From IMG/VR virus record IMGVR_UViG_3300049172_000015, positions 1 through 56,968 of that record: a DNA stretch of 56,968 nucleotides; one strand, written 5' to 3'. The first letter of the stretch is position 1. The number at the start of each line of letters is the position of its first letter. The notes beneath the pieces are model-generated. The model saw only the letters and a program-made list of their open reading frames with translations, did no database searches and was not told the DNA's origin. Of this stretch, positions 18,174-27,560 are shown piece after piece. This stretch comes from a virus (Duplodnaviria > Caudoviricetes). A program made the translations under genes and the position numbers.

Positions 18174-20576
18174 ATGGCTCGTAATCTTTTTGGCGGCTCC
18201 GCCGCTGATGTGGCCGAGGACATAGACGGGTCCCGAGTCCCAGATGCTACCGGCAACGTGTATGACGGTCCTGGGGTAGAAGCCACTCAACTGACTGACC
18301 TTCTGGACTACGCCGGGAATCCTATTCAGGCCTTGACTTCCGATTCTCAGGGTATGGTTCCCCACTTCTACGGGCCTGATGAGATGGACCTCCTTTACGC
18401 TGACTTCGGGGCTGGCCGTGTGGCCATGATTCCCGTGAACACCGCTGAGGTGCTCTCCCAGCACCTCACAGCCAACGACCCTCACGGGACCAAGGCTGAC
18501 GCTCTTGCCGAGGTCGCAGCGCAGAAGGGTGCCGCAAACGGCATTGCCTCCCTGGACCCCTTCGGTAAGGTCCCTGCCTCACAGCTCCCTGCCTCCGCTG
18601 GAGGCGGAGGGGGTGGCAGTTCTACTGACTGGCTGAACGTCAAGGCCAACCCCTACGGAGCTGTTGGCGACGGTGTCACTGACGACACCGCAGCCATTCA
18701 GGAGGCCATCGACGCTGCTGGCTACGGCGGGGTCGTCTACTTCCCTCAGGGCGTCTACCTGATCTCGTACCCCCTGGACCTCCCCAAGGGAGTGGGCCTG
18801 AAGGGCTCGCACTCCAACCTGATGGTTGGTCCTGGGATGGTGGCTGACGAGTGGCCCTGTTACCTCCAGGCCGCGCCTACCTTCACCACTGGGGCGATGA
18901 TTGTCATAGTGGGTGAGGACGACGGGGACCACCCTGCTCTCAATGGAGAGCAGCGGATCGAGAGCCTGATGCTGGACGGTTCAAAGGTCACCACGGGCAA
19001 CCTCGATGGCATCTACGCCAAGGGCAACGTTCAGAACGTTGTGATGAGGGACGTGTGTGTCCGGCAGATGCCGAACAACGGCATCATCACCGCGGGCAAC
19101 GCTACGGATCAGTGGCCGTACTCCTGGCGCCTGCACTCCGTCATGGTTGACAACTGCCACGCGAACGGCATCGTCTTCGAACGGAACACAGACCTCACCC
19201 TTGAGGACGTACAAGTCATCGGGTGCTGGGCTACTGGCTTCAAGATCTCCAACTGTGCCAACACGATTGTCACTCACAGCCGGGCGGAGTGGTGTGGCAA
19301 CTACGGCTTCCACCTCACTGGAGGATGGGGCAACTGGCCTGGCAGTGGATCCATGCTGATGTCTGCCTGTGAGACCGACCGTAACGGTTGGGACGGTGTG
19401 AAGATCGACGCCAGTGGTAACGGCGCCTTCCTCGTCCAGGGCCTCATGACTCGTCGGGACGGTCGTAACGGTGGTCCTGGCGGTGGAGGCTACGCCGGCC
19501 TGAGTCTCTCCAATCAGGCTCCGGTCGTGGTCAACGGAGTCACCTGCTACGTGGGCACGGACGACGCAGGGACCGCGGGCACCAGCCCGCAATACGGTGT
19601 CAAGGTCTCTAACGCCCGAGACGTGATGATCGACAATGCCATCCTGCACGCTGCCACTCAGGGCTACTTCACTGAGGGCACCAACCAGCGGATCCTTGTT
19701 GGCCCCAACGTCATGACTGTGGCCGGCAACAACTTCGCCGAGGACCGTCAGTACCTCCCGGCAGACCTCCGGGAGATCATCGCCACTGCGCTTACGATCA
19801 ACTCCACCAAGCGGGGTGGGTTCATCAAGACCACCTCGTCCCTGGACCATGCCCTGACTGTCTACCAGGCAGCCACGTCCGGTGTAGACGTGGCTGTTGC
19901 TCTGAACGTTGTCTCTGACAACCCCGAGTCGAGTGCCATGTACCTCTCTGGTAAGGAAACGAACCGGGGAACTCTGAAGGTGACACACGCCAAGCCGGCT
20001 GCTGACGACTCTGGTGCTGCTGCTCTGTCTGTCGACCTCGTTGGGGCGGGTACTGCTGCACAGGGTCTCTTCATCAACTCGACCATCGAGCGTGAAGACG
20101 GCGAGCTGGGCACCACCGGAAACCTGATCACGGTGAGGAACACCAAGGGCAAGGACGACTTCGTACTCAAGGCGAATGGTCGCCTGGCCATGGGCGGGGC
20201 TGTGGGCTACAACCCCACCGCCATGATTGATCTCCGCATGCCCAGCACTGCTGTGCCGGCCCTCGTCGTCAGGGCCGCGGGAACCACTGGAGCCAACCTC
20301 ACTGAGTGGCAGAGGAGTTCAGACGGCTCCGTCCGTACTCGGATCTCCCCCACTGGACAGCTCGTCACCCTCGAAACCCTCTACGCGGCCGGCGTCGGTC
20401 TCCAGGTCGGTGGCACCTCGTCTACCGCGGGCGGAGGCAGCGGTGTCATGGGACTGACCAATGCAACCACCGTGCCAAGCACCACCCCTACCGGTGGGGG
20501 TGTTCTGTACGCCGAAGGCGGCGCCCTCAAGTGGAGGGGCTCGAACGGCACAGTGACCGTTGTTGCACCCGCATAG
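18174..20576 (+). CDS. Tail fibre/spike: pectate-lyase-like beta-helix plus a phage hyaluronidase-like domain
   Basis: YGAVGDGVTDDTAAIQEAI..VVYFPQGVY; SSAMYLSGKETNRGTLKVTH..AAALSVDL..GTAAQGLFINST. Confidence 0.85.
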   Translation: MARNLFGGSAADVAEDIDGSRVPDATGNVYDGPGVEATQLTDLLDYAGNPIQALTSDSQGMVPHFYGPDEMDLLYADFGAGRVAMIPVNTAEVLSQHLTANDPHGTKADALAEVAAQKGAANGIASLDPFGKVPASQLPASAGGGGGGSSTDWLNVKANPYGAVGDGVTDDTAAIQEAIDAAGYGGVVYFPQGVYLISYPLDLPKGVGLKGSHSNLMVGPGMVADEWPCYLQAAPTFTTGAMIVIVGEDDGDHPALNGEQRIESLMLDGSKVTTGNLDGIYAKGNVQNVVMRDVCVRQMPNNGIITAGNATDQWPYSWRLHSVMVDNCHANGIVFERNTDLTLEDVQVIGCWATGFKISNCANTIVTHSRAEWCGNYGFHLTGGWGNWPGSGSMLMSACETDRNGWDGVKIDASGNGAFLVQGLMTRRDGRNGGPGGGGYAGLSLSNQAPVVVNGVTCYVGTDDAGTAGTSPQYGVKVSNARDVMIDNAILHAATQGYFTEGTNQRILVGPNVMTVAGNNFAEDRQYLPADLREIIATALTINSTKRGGFIKTTSSLDHALTVYQAATSGVDVAVALNVVSDNPESSAMYLSGKETNRGTLKVTHAKPAADDSGAAALSVDLVGAGTAAQGLFINSTIEREDGELGTTGNLITVRNTKGKDDFVLKANGRLAMGGAVGYNPTAMIDLRMPSTAVPALVVRAAGTTGANLTEWQRSSDGSVRTRISPTGQLVTLETLYAAGVGLQVGGTSSTAGGGSGVMGLTNATTVPSTTPTGGGVLYAEGGALKWRGSNGTVTVVAPA

Positions 20577-20712
20577 TTGATTCGAGACCAAACGTCCAGG
20601 GGCCTCCTTCCGGGGAGGCCCCTTTGGCTTCCGCGCGAGTCACTTACGGGGATTCACATTCAAGGGCAGGCACTTGCGCGCGAGTCACATAAGGGGGAGG
20701 AACCTCAGACCT

Positions 20713-20997
20713 ATGCTCGAAATTCTCAATTACGGAGGGGTCCTCGCCGGTGTCGCTGGTGCGATCTCCCTGATTGTCGCGTCCGTACGGACCAACTCCA
20801 TTCGAGCCAACTCGGCTCGCATATGGCGTGAGGAAGCAGAGGCACAGAAGACGCGTGCCGACCGACTCTTTGGTGAGCTGGAAGAAATTAAGAATCGACT
20901 CACCCACCTGGAGGGCTACAACGCAACCTTGGTTGCTCTCCTGTCGACTATCGACCCACAGAAGCTCGAAGAGCTTCGGATGAACAGGGGGCTCTAA
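20713..20997 (+). CDS. Membrane protein (one TM plus coiled coil), holin/lysis accessory
   Basis: N-terminal hydrophobic helix; coupled to the endolysin gene. Confidence 0.7.
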   Translation: MLEILNYGGVLAGVAGAISLIVASVRTNSIRANSARIWREEAEAQKTRADRLFGELEEIKNRLTHLEGYNATLVALLSTIDPQKLEELRMNRGL

Positions 20998-22070
20998 TGG
21001 CTACACCTATGACTCCTACTCAGCTCCTCGGAAAGCTCAAGGAGTGGGGGGTTCCGTACAAGGAATACAAGGATTGGCGGACCCATAACAGGAACCACAA
21101 GGGTGCTTGGGGCCCCGTCAACGGCTTCATGGTCCATCACACAGGCAGTGATTCCAAGGATCAGCGAGCACTTCTCTACAACGGGATTGCTGGTCTTCCT
21201 GGGCCTCTCTGTCACTTCGGTTTGGCTCAGGATGGAACTGTTCACCTCATTGGTTGGGGCCGTGCTAATCATGCCGGCCCGGGTGATGATGACGTCCTGG
21301 ACGCGGTGATAGACGAACGTCCCGCGCCCGTAGATGACGAGTCCAACACGGACTTCAACAGACACTTCTATGGCGTGGAAATATGGTACAGCGGTAGTCA
21401 TCGCATGACGGATGCTCAGTACAAGACCCTCATCAAGCTTGCCGCGGCCATCTGTGGCCACCACGGCTGGGGTAGATATAGCGTCATAGGCCATGGTGAA
21501 TCTGGAAGCCCTGGCAAGTGGGACCCGGGTTACAAGCCGGGAGTCATGATGGACATGGACTCCGTCCGGGACGACGTCCAGGCAGCCCTTGACCATGAGG
21601 ACAAGCCGTCAACTCCTCCAAGGCCTACTGACCCTAAGCCTGTTGGGGATACCTACACAGTCCTGGCCGGCGACACCCTCTCCAGCATCGGCCGGAAGCT
21701 GAAGGTCGACTGGGAGGAGCTGGCAAAGGTCAATGGCCTCAAGCCTCCCTACCGCATTGACCCTGGTGACAAGCTCAAGGTCCCCGGGAAGGCCTCTGCT
21801 CCCAAGCCTCCTACCAAGGTCGAATACGAGCCCTGGCCTGGCTACGACTTTTTCAAGCGGTACCCGAAGTCTGACTTGGTCACCCGCATGGGTAAGCGGC
21901 TCGTTGCTGAGGGCTGCGGTGCCTACCAGTCTGGTCCTGGCCCTCAGTTCACTGAGGCTGACCGAAAGAGCTGCCGGAAGTGGCAACTCAAGCTGGGATT
22001 CCGTGGGGCTGACGCTGACGGATGGCTTGGCAAGGTTTCCTGGGACAAGTTGAAGGTGCCGAAGAAGTAG
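20997..22070 (+). CDS. Endolysin: N-acetylmuramoyl-L-alanine amidase + LysM + peptidoglycan-binding domain
   Basis: MVHHTG, RANHAG, YGVEI, IGHGE, KWDP; YTVLAGDTLSSI (LysM); ADGWLGKVSW. Confidence 0.93.
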   Translation: MATPMTPTQLLGKLKEWGVPYKEYKDWRTHNRNHKGAWGPVNGFMVHHTGSDSKDQRALLYNGIAGLPGPLCHFGLAQDGTVHLIGWGRANHAGPGDDDVLDAVIDERPAPVDDESNTDFNRHFYGVEIWYSGSHRMTDAQYKTLIKLAAAICGHHGWGRYSVIGHGESGSPGKWDPGYKPGVMMDMDSVRDDVQAALDHEDKPSTPPRPTDPKPVGDTYTVLAGDTLSSIGRKLKVDWEELAKVNGLKPPYRIDPGDKLKVPGKASAPKPPTKVEYEPWPGYDFFKRYPKSDLVTRMGKRLVAEGCGAYQSGPGPQFTEADRKSCRKWQLKLGFRGADADGWLGKVSWDKLKVPKK

Positions 22071-22344
22071 GTGACCTTCGAGGGTCGGGTGTGCCCTCGC
22101 GCGCCCACCCTCGCCCATGTGTGCCTGCCCGCACGCGCCCCCGCGCGAGTCACTTACCGCGTTTCAAATATGGGTGGATTTCGCTGAGTTGTGGATGCCA
22201 AACGCAACTCACTTCTGCCGAGGGATCCGAGAGTTTGAGAGCCGGCATGATGGCCGGCCTCCTCCCCCTGCATTTCGTGCCTATCAATCCGAGCCCTTGC
22301 CGGACTGGCCCGCTTTTCTCGTGTGAATGAATGGAGACGTGCCT

Positions 22345-22665
22345 ATGCCCGCTACCCAGATCACGCCTACAAAGGTATTGCAGTCGGGTGCCCCCGCCCC
22401 TACTGACACAGCAGCAGACCTAGTGAACGGCAACGTGGTTGCCAACATTGAGGGATTGAAGCTGCACATCACGAATGAGGGCGGCGCCCCTGTCACTGTC
22501 ACGTTCAAGACTTCCGCCGTCGTGGAGGGACTGGCCGTGGCAGATCTGACAGCCTCCGTTGCCGCGGGTTCGACCCGTGTGTTCGGCCGCTTTAGCCGAG
22601 TGCTGTTTGGCGAACAGGTGGAGTTCACGTGCTCCGCGGCTACAGACGTCGTTGCCTACGCCTAG
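22345..22665 (+). CDS. Small beta-rich protein, possibly a virion decoration protein
   Basis: GGAG RBS; Thr/Ala/Val-rich. Confidence 0.6.
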   Translation: MPATQITPTKVLQSGAPAPTDTAADLVNGNVVANIEGLKLHITNEGGAPVTVTFKTSAVVEGLAVADLTASVAAGSTRVFGRFSRVLFGEQVEFTCSAATDVVAYA

Positions 22666-22675
22666 GGGTGAATGA

Positions 22676-22879
22676 ATGAAAGAATGGACGCTCCGTCATG
22701 TAGTCCGCTTCTCCGCGGTCATTGCCGCGGTGGCTCCGGTCGCCGTAGCGCTACTCGATTCCCTTCCGTGGCAGTCTGCTACGGCCCTATCCGCGGCTAT
22801 TCTGGCAGCCGGCGAAATAGCGCAACGGGTCGAGAATGCCAAGACCCTGCGCGCCTATCTGGCTACTCCTGTCGAGTAA
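22676..22879 (+). CDS. Holin-like small membrane protein
   Basis: Two hydrophobic helices; end of the late operon. Confidence 0.6.
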   Translation: MKEWTLRHVVRFSAVIAAVAPVAVALLDSLPWQSATALSAAILAAGEIAQRVENAKTLRAYLATPVE

Positions 22880-22970
22880 GCGACAGCAACGCTGTTGCTG
22901 CCTACCCCCTGTACTGGAGTCAGTGGAGACTGACTCCGGGTGAGAGAGAGTGCCCTATGGGCACAAACAC

Positions 22971-23004
22971 AAAAAAGCCCCTGCCATTTGGCAGGGGCTT
23001 TTTT
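22971..23004. terminator. Bidirectional intrinsic terminator
   Basis: AAAAAAGCCCCTGCC-ATTT-GGCAGGGGCTTTTTT at the convergence of + and - genes. Confidence 0.92.
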
Positions 23005-23011
23005 CTCGTTT

Positions 23012-23191
23012 CTACCGCAGTCTAGCTATGTCCACCAGTGCCCACGGTATGAGCACTATGGGTGACCACTTGACCAGTGCCCACGATTCCGGGGCACCTG
23101 AAACCCATGCGAACACAAACAGTGTCCACCACAACACGAATGCAGACAGCAGGATGACTGCAACACTTCCGGCCTTACCCTTGCTTGCCAT
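23012..23191 (-). CDS. Small two-TM membrane protein
   Basis: Hydrophobic; GGGGAGAG RBS. Confidence 0.6.
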   Translation of the reverse strand: MASKGKAGSVAVILLSAFVLWWTLFVFAWVSGAPESWALVKWSPIVLIPWALVDIARLR

Positions 23192-23305
23192 GCTTTCTCT
23201 CCCCCGTTTCAGTCTTCCATGTTCCGTCTGACCACTTACGCACAAGGCCTGTGTACCGACCCTGTACGTATCGGCATGGCTTGCGCTTAGGCATGTCCAT
23301 TGGAT

Positions 23306-24616
23306 TCACAGCCACCCTCCCCCAACAAGGGCAAGTTCCCGCTTTTCAGGAGCTTCCTGAGTCATTGCCAAAGGTGGTTCATTGACAGGCTCAGGTTCAG
23401 GCGGCTCAGGCTGCACTCTGCGGAGAATCTCCGGGGGTCTACCTCGGCCGGACGCAGTCTGTCCCTTGAATACCTCTACGTCGTCCATGGACGCTACTGC
23501 GGCCCGAAGACTTGCAGAGGTGGCCCGCATCCCCAACGCTCGCAGCATGAGCGTTACCGTAGCCTCACCCTCGTACCTATCAAGGATTTCCCGAATCTGC
23601 TCTGAAAGGCTCTTGTAGCCCTTACTCGGGGACGCTGAAACAACGTCCTCCCCCCGGACCAACTTCTCTACGCTCCGCATGCTGTACTGGACGAATGCCC
23701 ATGCGGCATTCACAGCCTCACGGTTAATCGTCGTACGCCGTTCCGTGGCAGTGAGGACAGCAGCAACCCGGATGATCTGCTCAGGAGTCCGCTCGATATA
23801 GCAACGCAGATGGTGAGGCATCTCTGCGAGTTTCGCAAGGAACATGACGCGGAGTTCGTCGAACCTCTTACCCGCATCCTTGCTGAGAGACATTCTCCGC
23901 GGAGCCATACGGGCCCAATGGTAGGCCTCACTCAGCTCAGGCACCTCGGGAATGACTTCCGTGTGGTTGTAGGGCAAGACCTTAGACCCCTCCACCAGCA
24001 AGGGCAAGAGTCTATTGAAACTCCCGCCCTTAGCATCCCGCGGCTTAACGTACTCCGACCACTCTCCCGGAGTGATGTGAGCGTGAAAACCTAGTAGAGG
24101 CTCATCTACCGTCATGCTCACTTTGGTGGTCGTGTGCCGAATGGTCACCCCGTCCCAGCACTGTCGAAGCTTGGATGCGAAAGTTGGGCACCGGTTCTGT
24201 CGCTTCAGGTTCTCTGACCACTCTTCATCAACAACCACAGTGCGGGTATCCGTCCCGCCTTCCGCACCCGCCGTTTTCTCCTGCTGTTCGTACAGGATTT
24301 GAGTGAGGGATGGCCCGGAGCTAACGCCCCCCTCGGTACATGTGTCCAGGAACGAGCCAATGGCCGGCCTCAGGATGCCTCGTGCCACCCTCAGGGCCGT
24401 TCCCTTACGACCAATGGCGCTTTCTCCCACCAGCACAGTCCACGCGACCACAGGGCGCCCGTTGTACATAGTCACGGGGCCATTGATTGCAGTCGACCAC
24501 AGAGCCAGCATGGCGCCGTAGATACCGACGGGATCAGCCTCCGTGTGAGGCTCTGCTGCCGCTACAGCGTCCCCTATGGGCCCGTAGCGCATTCCCTCGA
24601 ATGCTTCGAGACTCAC
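23306..24616 (-). CDS. DUF3987/YfjI-like P-loop NTPase (helicase-like) with C-terminal HTH-like region
   Basis: PHTEADP, VGESAIGRKGT, VVDEEW, LRQCWDG, HITP, GSFNRLL. Confidence 0.8.
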   Translation of the reverse strand: MSLEAFEGMRYGPIGDAVAAAEPHTEADPVGIYGAMLALWSTAINGPVTMYNGRPVVAWTVLVGESAIGRKGTALRVARGILRPAIGSFLDTCTEGGVSSGPSLTQILYEQQEKTAGAEGGTDTRTVVVDEEWSENLKRQNRCPTFASKLRQCWDGVTIRHTTTKVSMTVDEPLLGFHAHITPGEWSEYVKPRDAKGGSFNRLLPLLVEGSKVLPYNHTEVIPEVPELSEAYHWARMAPRRMSLSKDAGKRFDELRVMFLAKLAEMPHHLRCYIERTPEQIIRVAAVLTATERRTTINREAVNAAWAFVQYSMRSVEKLVRGEDVVSASPSKGYKSLSEQIREILDRYEGEATVTLMLRALGMRATSASLRAAVASMDDVEVFKGQTASGRGRPPEILRRVQPEPPEPEPVNEPPLAMTQEAPEKRELALVGGGWL

Positions 24617-24816
24617 TTACCCTCCCCAGGGTCCCCGAGAATCTCAGTGAACTTGTCTGCCCACTTCTTCTCGTGCTCTTCGCACAGAAACCACGTCTTA
24701 CCGTCAAGCGTGAGTTCCATGACGGACTGTCGTGCAGTCTCGTCTTTCTTCCAACATGCGTCGCATCCGTCGTCTACTTCCTGTTCAACGACTACTTGCA
24801 GAACCACCCTTGCCAT
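24613..24816 (-). CDS. Lsr2-like dimerisation-domain-only protein
   Basis: MARVV...VDDGCDAC...ELTLDGKTWFLCEEH resembles the Lsr2 N-terminus. Confidence 0.55.
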   Translation of the reverse strand: MARVVLQVVVEQEVDDGCDACWKKDETARQSVMELTLDGKTWFLCEEHEKKWADKFTEILGDPGEGK

Positions 24817-24888
24817 CCGTTCCCCTCATTCCGTTTGAGCTTCCATGAACGCCGGCTCACGGAAACGTGAGCCGACGAACACGGGAGT

Positions 24889-25122
24889 TCAGGCGGTTTG
24901 TCGCTGCGCCATGAATTCCGCGGCGTACGTTTCCGAGACTGCGTTAACGAACAGCACGACTACTGAGGCAGGATCCGCGTAGACTCCTGCGGCCGTTCCG
25001 CAGTCCTCGAACAACGTTGTGAGTGCTGCTGCTCTGTGCCCAGGGTCTGTGTTCCAAGCAATACCAATTGCCCGTAGCTTGAACGACTCTGTGTCCTCTG
25101 CGAATGCCTTCATTGCGCTCAC
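24889..25122 (-). CDS. Hypothetical protein
   Basis: Coupled leftward early gene. Confidence 0.6.
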   Translation of the reverse strand: MSAMKAFAEDTESFKLRAIGIAWNTDPGHRAAALTTLFEDCGTAAGVYADPASVVVLFVNAVSETYAAEFMAQRQTA

Positions 25123-25319
25123 TTGCTCCCCCCTACAATCCGGGTCACATTTCCGGGAAGCACATCCTCAATGAGCATCCCGCTACCGCATTGCAGAGTC
25201 ACTGTCCCGTACCCCACACCGTAAAGCCATGCTGTGCGCTTTTCGCCGTCCGGATCCACGTACTCCACAATGGGAGGGTTCTTGGGATCGAACGCGGCCC
25301 GAATCTCCTCTAGCGGCAC
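25119..25319 (-). CDS. Hypothetical protein
   Basis: Coupled leftward early gene. Confidence 0.6.
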   Translation of the reverse strand: MPLEEIRAAFDPKNPPIVEYVDPDGEKRTAWLYGVGYGTVTLQCGSGMLIEDVLPGNVTRIVGGSK

Positions 25320-25325
25320 CTCAGA

Positions 25326-25781
25326 TCACATCCAATACTTTCCCTCAGAGTGCCAGATTTCTCTGAGCACTCGATGCACCTCATCCTCAATCCGGGACCA
25401 TCGAGAAAGGATGTCCTTACTGATGCACAGATCGGCCTTACCAGCCGCACGCTTCGCCTTACGCCACTCAAAGGCAGTGTGAAGGGTCATGAGTTCAGTC
25501 TTTGTGAGGCGCCATACCCTCACGTCTGGAAGCGTGTGAAGACTGGTGACCATTCCGCGGGCAGCACTGATGTATTCCGGTCCGTGCCACACATTCTCGA
25601 TGTGCTGGAGTGCCAGTGCCCTACGCAGTGCAGTCCGCGTGTAGGCAGTGCACATATAGCTGAACGTGGCTACCTCATACCGTTTTTCCACTGACTTGTG
25701 CCCACACTCGGGACCGATGGACGATTCGCAACACGCCCATACCGGGTTTCCGTCATCATTCGTTCGGGGAAACTCACTCAT
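25326..25781 (-). CDS. Hypothetical protein
   Basis: AGGAGG RBS. Confidence 0.7.
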   Translation of the reverse strand: MSEFPRTNDDGNPVWACCESSIGPECGHKSVEKRYEVATFSYMCTAYTRTALRRALALQHIENVWHGPEYISAARGMVTSLHTLPDVRVWRLTKTELMTLHTAFEWRKAKRAAGKADLCISKDILSRWSRIEDEVHRVLREIWHSEGKYWM

Positions 25782-25859
25782 TGCCTTACCTCCTGTTGAG
25801 TCAGGGACAAGAGACCCTGCCTTTTAGACAGGGTCTCGAATCAACCTTGTGGACATGCT

Positions 25860-26135
25860 TCAGGCGCCGTTGCGGCATCCCTGCCGGACGTACGAAACCT
25901 GAGCCTTGACAGACCGGCGCTTACCGTCGTCCGTGCTGTCCGCCACCATGTCCCAGTAGGCAATTCGTCCGGGCCGGCTCTTACGCATGGACTTACAGGG
26001 ACCGTAGGAGTAGGTACCCGCAACGACCCTCTCCCGGTAGCTGAGAGGCTTGCTGGTGGCCGTTTCGACAGTGCCCAGGGTAATACCACCGACCAGGGAC
26101 AGAACGGCGGTGAGAGAAGCGATGAACTTGCGCAT
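25860..26135 (-). CDS. Secreted/exported small protein
   Basis: MRKFIASLTAVLSLVGG signal peptide; two Cys. Confidence 0.7.
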   Translation of the reverse strand: MRKFIASLTAVLSLVGGITLGTVETATSKPLSYRERVVAGTYSYGPCKSMRKSRPGRIAYWDMVADSTDDGKRRSVKAQVSYVRQGCRNGA

Positions 26136-26167
26136 GGTGTGTTTCTCCTCTTGTGGTTTCGGGTTGT

Positions 26168-26338
26168 TCAGATGGTGCTGAGGGTTGCGCAGAAAATGCA
26201 CTCGGTTTCGCCCTGAAGTCGCTTGACTTCCGAGCAATGGCACTCAGCCTCACAGGCAGGGCAGTCGTAGAGTCGACCAGGCTCATGCGGGTAGTCGACG
26301 TGGTTCAGGGGAAGGGGCATTCCCTCGTATTCACTCAT
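26168..26338 (-). CDS. 56-aa Cys-rich protein (HVDYPHEPGRLYDCPACEAECHC...CIFC), absent from the ORF track
   Basis: Manual translation; fills the gap between neighbouring genes. Confidence 0.7.
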   Translation of the reverse strand: MSEYEGMPLPLNHVDYPHEPGRLYDCPACEAECHCSEVKRLQGETECIFCATLSTI

Positions 26339-26340
26339 GG

Positions 26341-26541
26341 TCACTCACCCTCCATTCCGAGATACGTCACCGTGGCGTTTTCCGAAGTGGCTGGCGCAAG
26401 ATGCTTGCGCCCCCATTCCCGTGCGTTTTCAGCCGCAGCCTTACTGTCCTTGGATGACCAGACAACATGGGCAAACTTCTCGTCTGCCATGTCGTGAGTT
26501 CCGTTCCATACGATCACTGCCCAGTACTTCCGCATGTCCAC
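26341..26541 (-). CDS. Hypothetical protein
   Basis: GAGGAG RBS. Confidence 0.6.
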   Translation of the reverse strand: MDMRKYWAVIVWNGTHDMADEKFAHVVWSSKDSKAAAENAREWGRKHLAPATSENATVTYLGMEGE

Positions 26542-26544
26542 TCC

Positions 26545-26772
26545 TCAGCACTCAGGGTCGTTCGACCAGTAACCATCAACGGACTTACTGACTGATACAC
26601 CGTGAGGGAACATGTCATCACTCCCGCACCGTTCCTTATCTTCCAAGCCATGCTCCACACAGGGGCAGTCCTTACGGAACTCCTCTGCTTTACCCTCTGC
26701 GGTTTCCCGCTTTCTGTGCGGCCCGGATAGATGTTCCCCGTTCACATGGAATACGTGAAACTCGGTTGCCAT
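26545..26772 (-). CDS. Hypothetical protein
   Basis: GGAAGG RBS. Confidence 0.65.
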   Translation of the reverse strand: MATEFHVFHVNGEHLSGPHRKRETAEGKAEEFRKDCPCVEHGLEDKERCGSDDMFPHGVSVSKSVDGYWSNDPEC

Positions 26773-26857
26773 GCTCTTACCTTCCTGTCTGCGCCGATAG
26801 GGTCAATGCGGGGGCCGGCTCGGTAGACATCCGGCCCCCTCCATTCGCCTTACCGAT

Positions 26858-27052
26858 TCAGCGCTTCCGAGACTCCCCGAAAAATGCCCACAGCTCCATA
26901 GGGTCGTTGTCGCGGAGGTAGTAACCCCAATCCTGGGAGACACGCGCCCCGTTGTCGTACCTCCGAGACATCAGAATGTACTCAGGCACAGGATCCCCAT
27001 CGTTGTGGAAGTACTCCCACTTAGGCAGGTTCTTGACCAGGGAGACGCTCAT
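26858..27052 (-). CDS. Hypothetical protein
   Basis: ATG immediately after the stop of the upstream gene. Confidence 0.6.
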   Translation of the reverse strand: MSVSLVKNLPKWEYFHNDGDPVPEYILMSRRYDNGARVSQDWGYYLRDNDPMELWAFFGESRKR

Positions 27053-27053
27053 A

Positions 27054-27368
27054 TCAGTAGTCCCTTCCTGCGATACGGAGCCATTCGCGGTAGCGGTCAA
27101 GGATGCGGAGTGCATACCGACACGCATCCGGTCCCGGACGCATAGCCGTGAGTTCCTCGTAGTAGGAAAGGTCGTCCCGAAGTCCGGGACCTCCCCGGAA
27201 ATCAGGAACGCACTCACCCTGATCTGTCAGATACTGCGCAAGGGTGAAACGCCATTCCTGGCACCACCCGAACAAGTCGTGCGGATCGAAGAAGAGCACT
27301 GCCGTGCCTAGCACTTCCCTTTCTCCGAGGTAGTTCGTGTGCCGTTCCCAGTTGGCTTGATAATCCAT
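27054..27368 (-). CDS. Hypothetical protein
   Basis: G-rich RBS downstream of a stoperator. Confidence 0.7.
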   Translation of the reverse strand: MDYQANWERHTNYLGEREVLGTAVLFFDPHDLFGWCQEWRFTLAQYLTDQGECVPDFRGGPGLRDDLSYYEELTAMRPGPDACRYALRILDRYREWLRIAGRDY

Positions 27369-27560
27369 GCCCCCCCTAGGTCTCGAATCAACTATGAGAG
27401 CGCAGAAATGCGCTCATGGCGTCCGACTGAGAAGACACACCCAGTGAGCGCATCTTGTGCTGTGCCTTTGCAGCCCAGTGACTAGGCCAGTCACTCACGT
27501 CCCGATAGGTCTTGACCGCGGAGACGTCCACACCGACCAGCCACGCAATGAACCGTGCGT

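Noticed and set aside
27393-27460. Hammerhead ribozyme in the GAGCGCA-GAAA-TGCGCTC region
   Set aside because: No CUGAUGA core on either strand; may instead be a tiny ORF or a simple hairpin.
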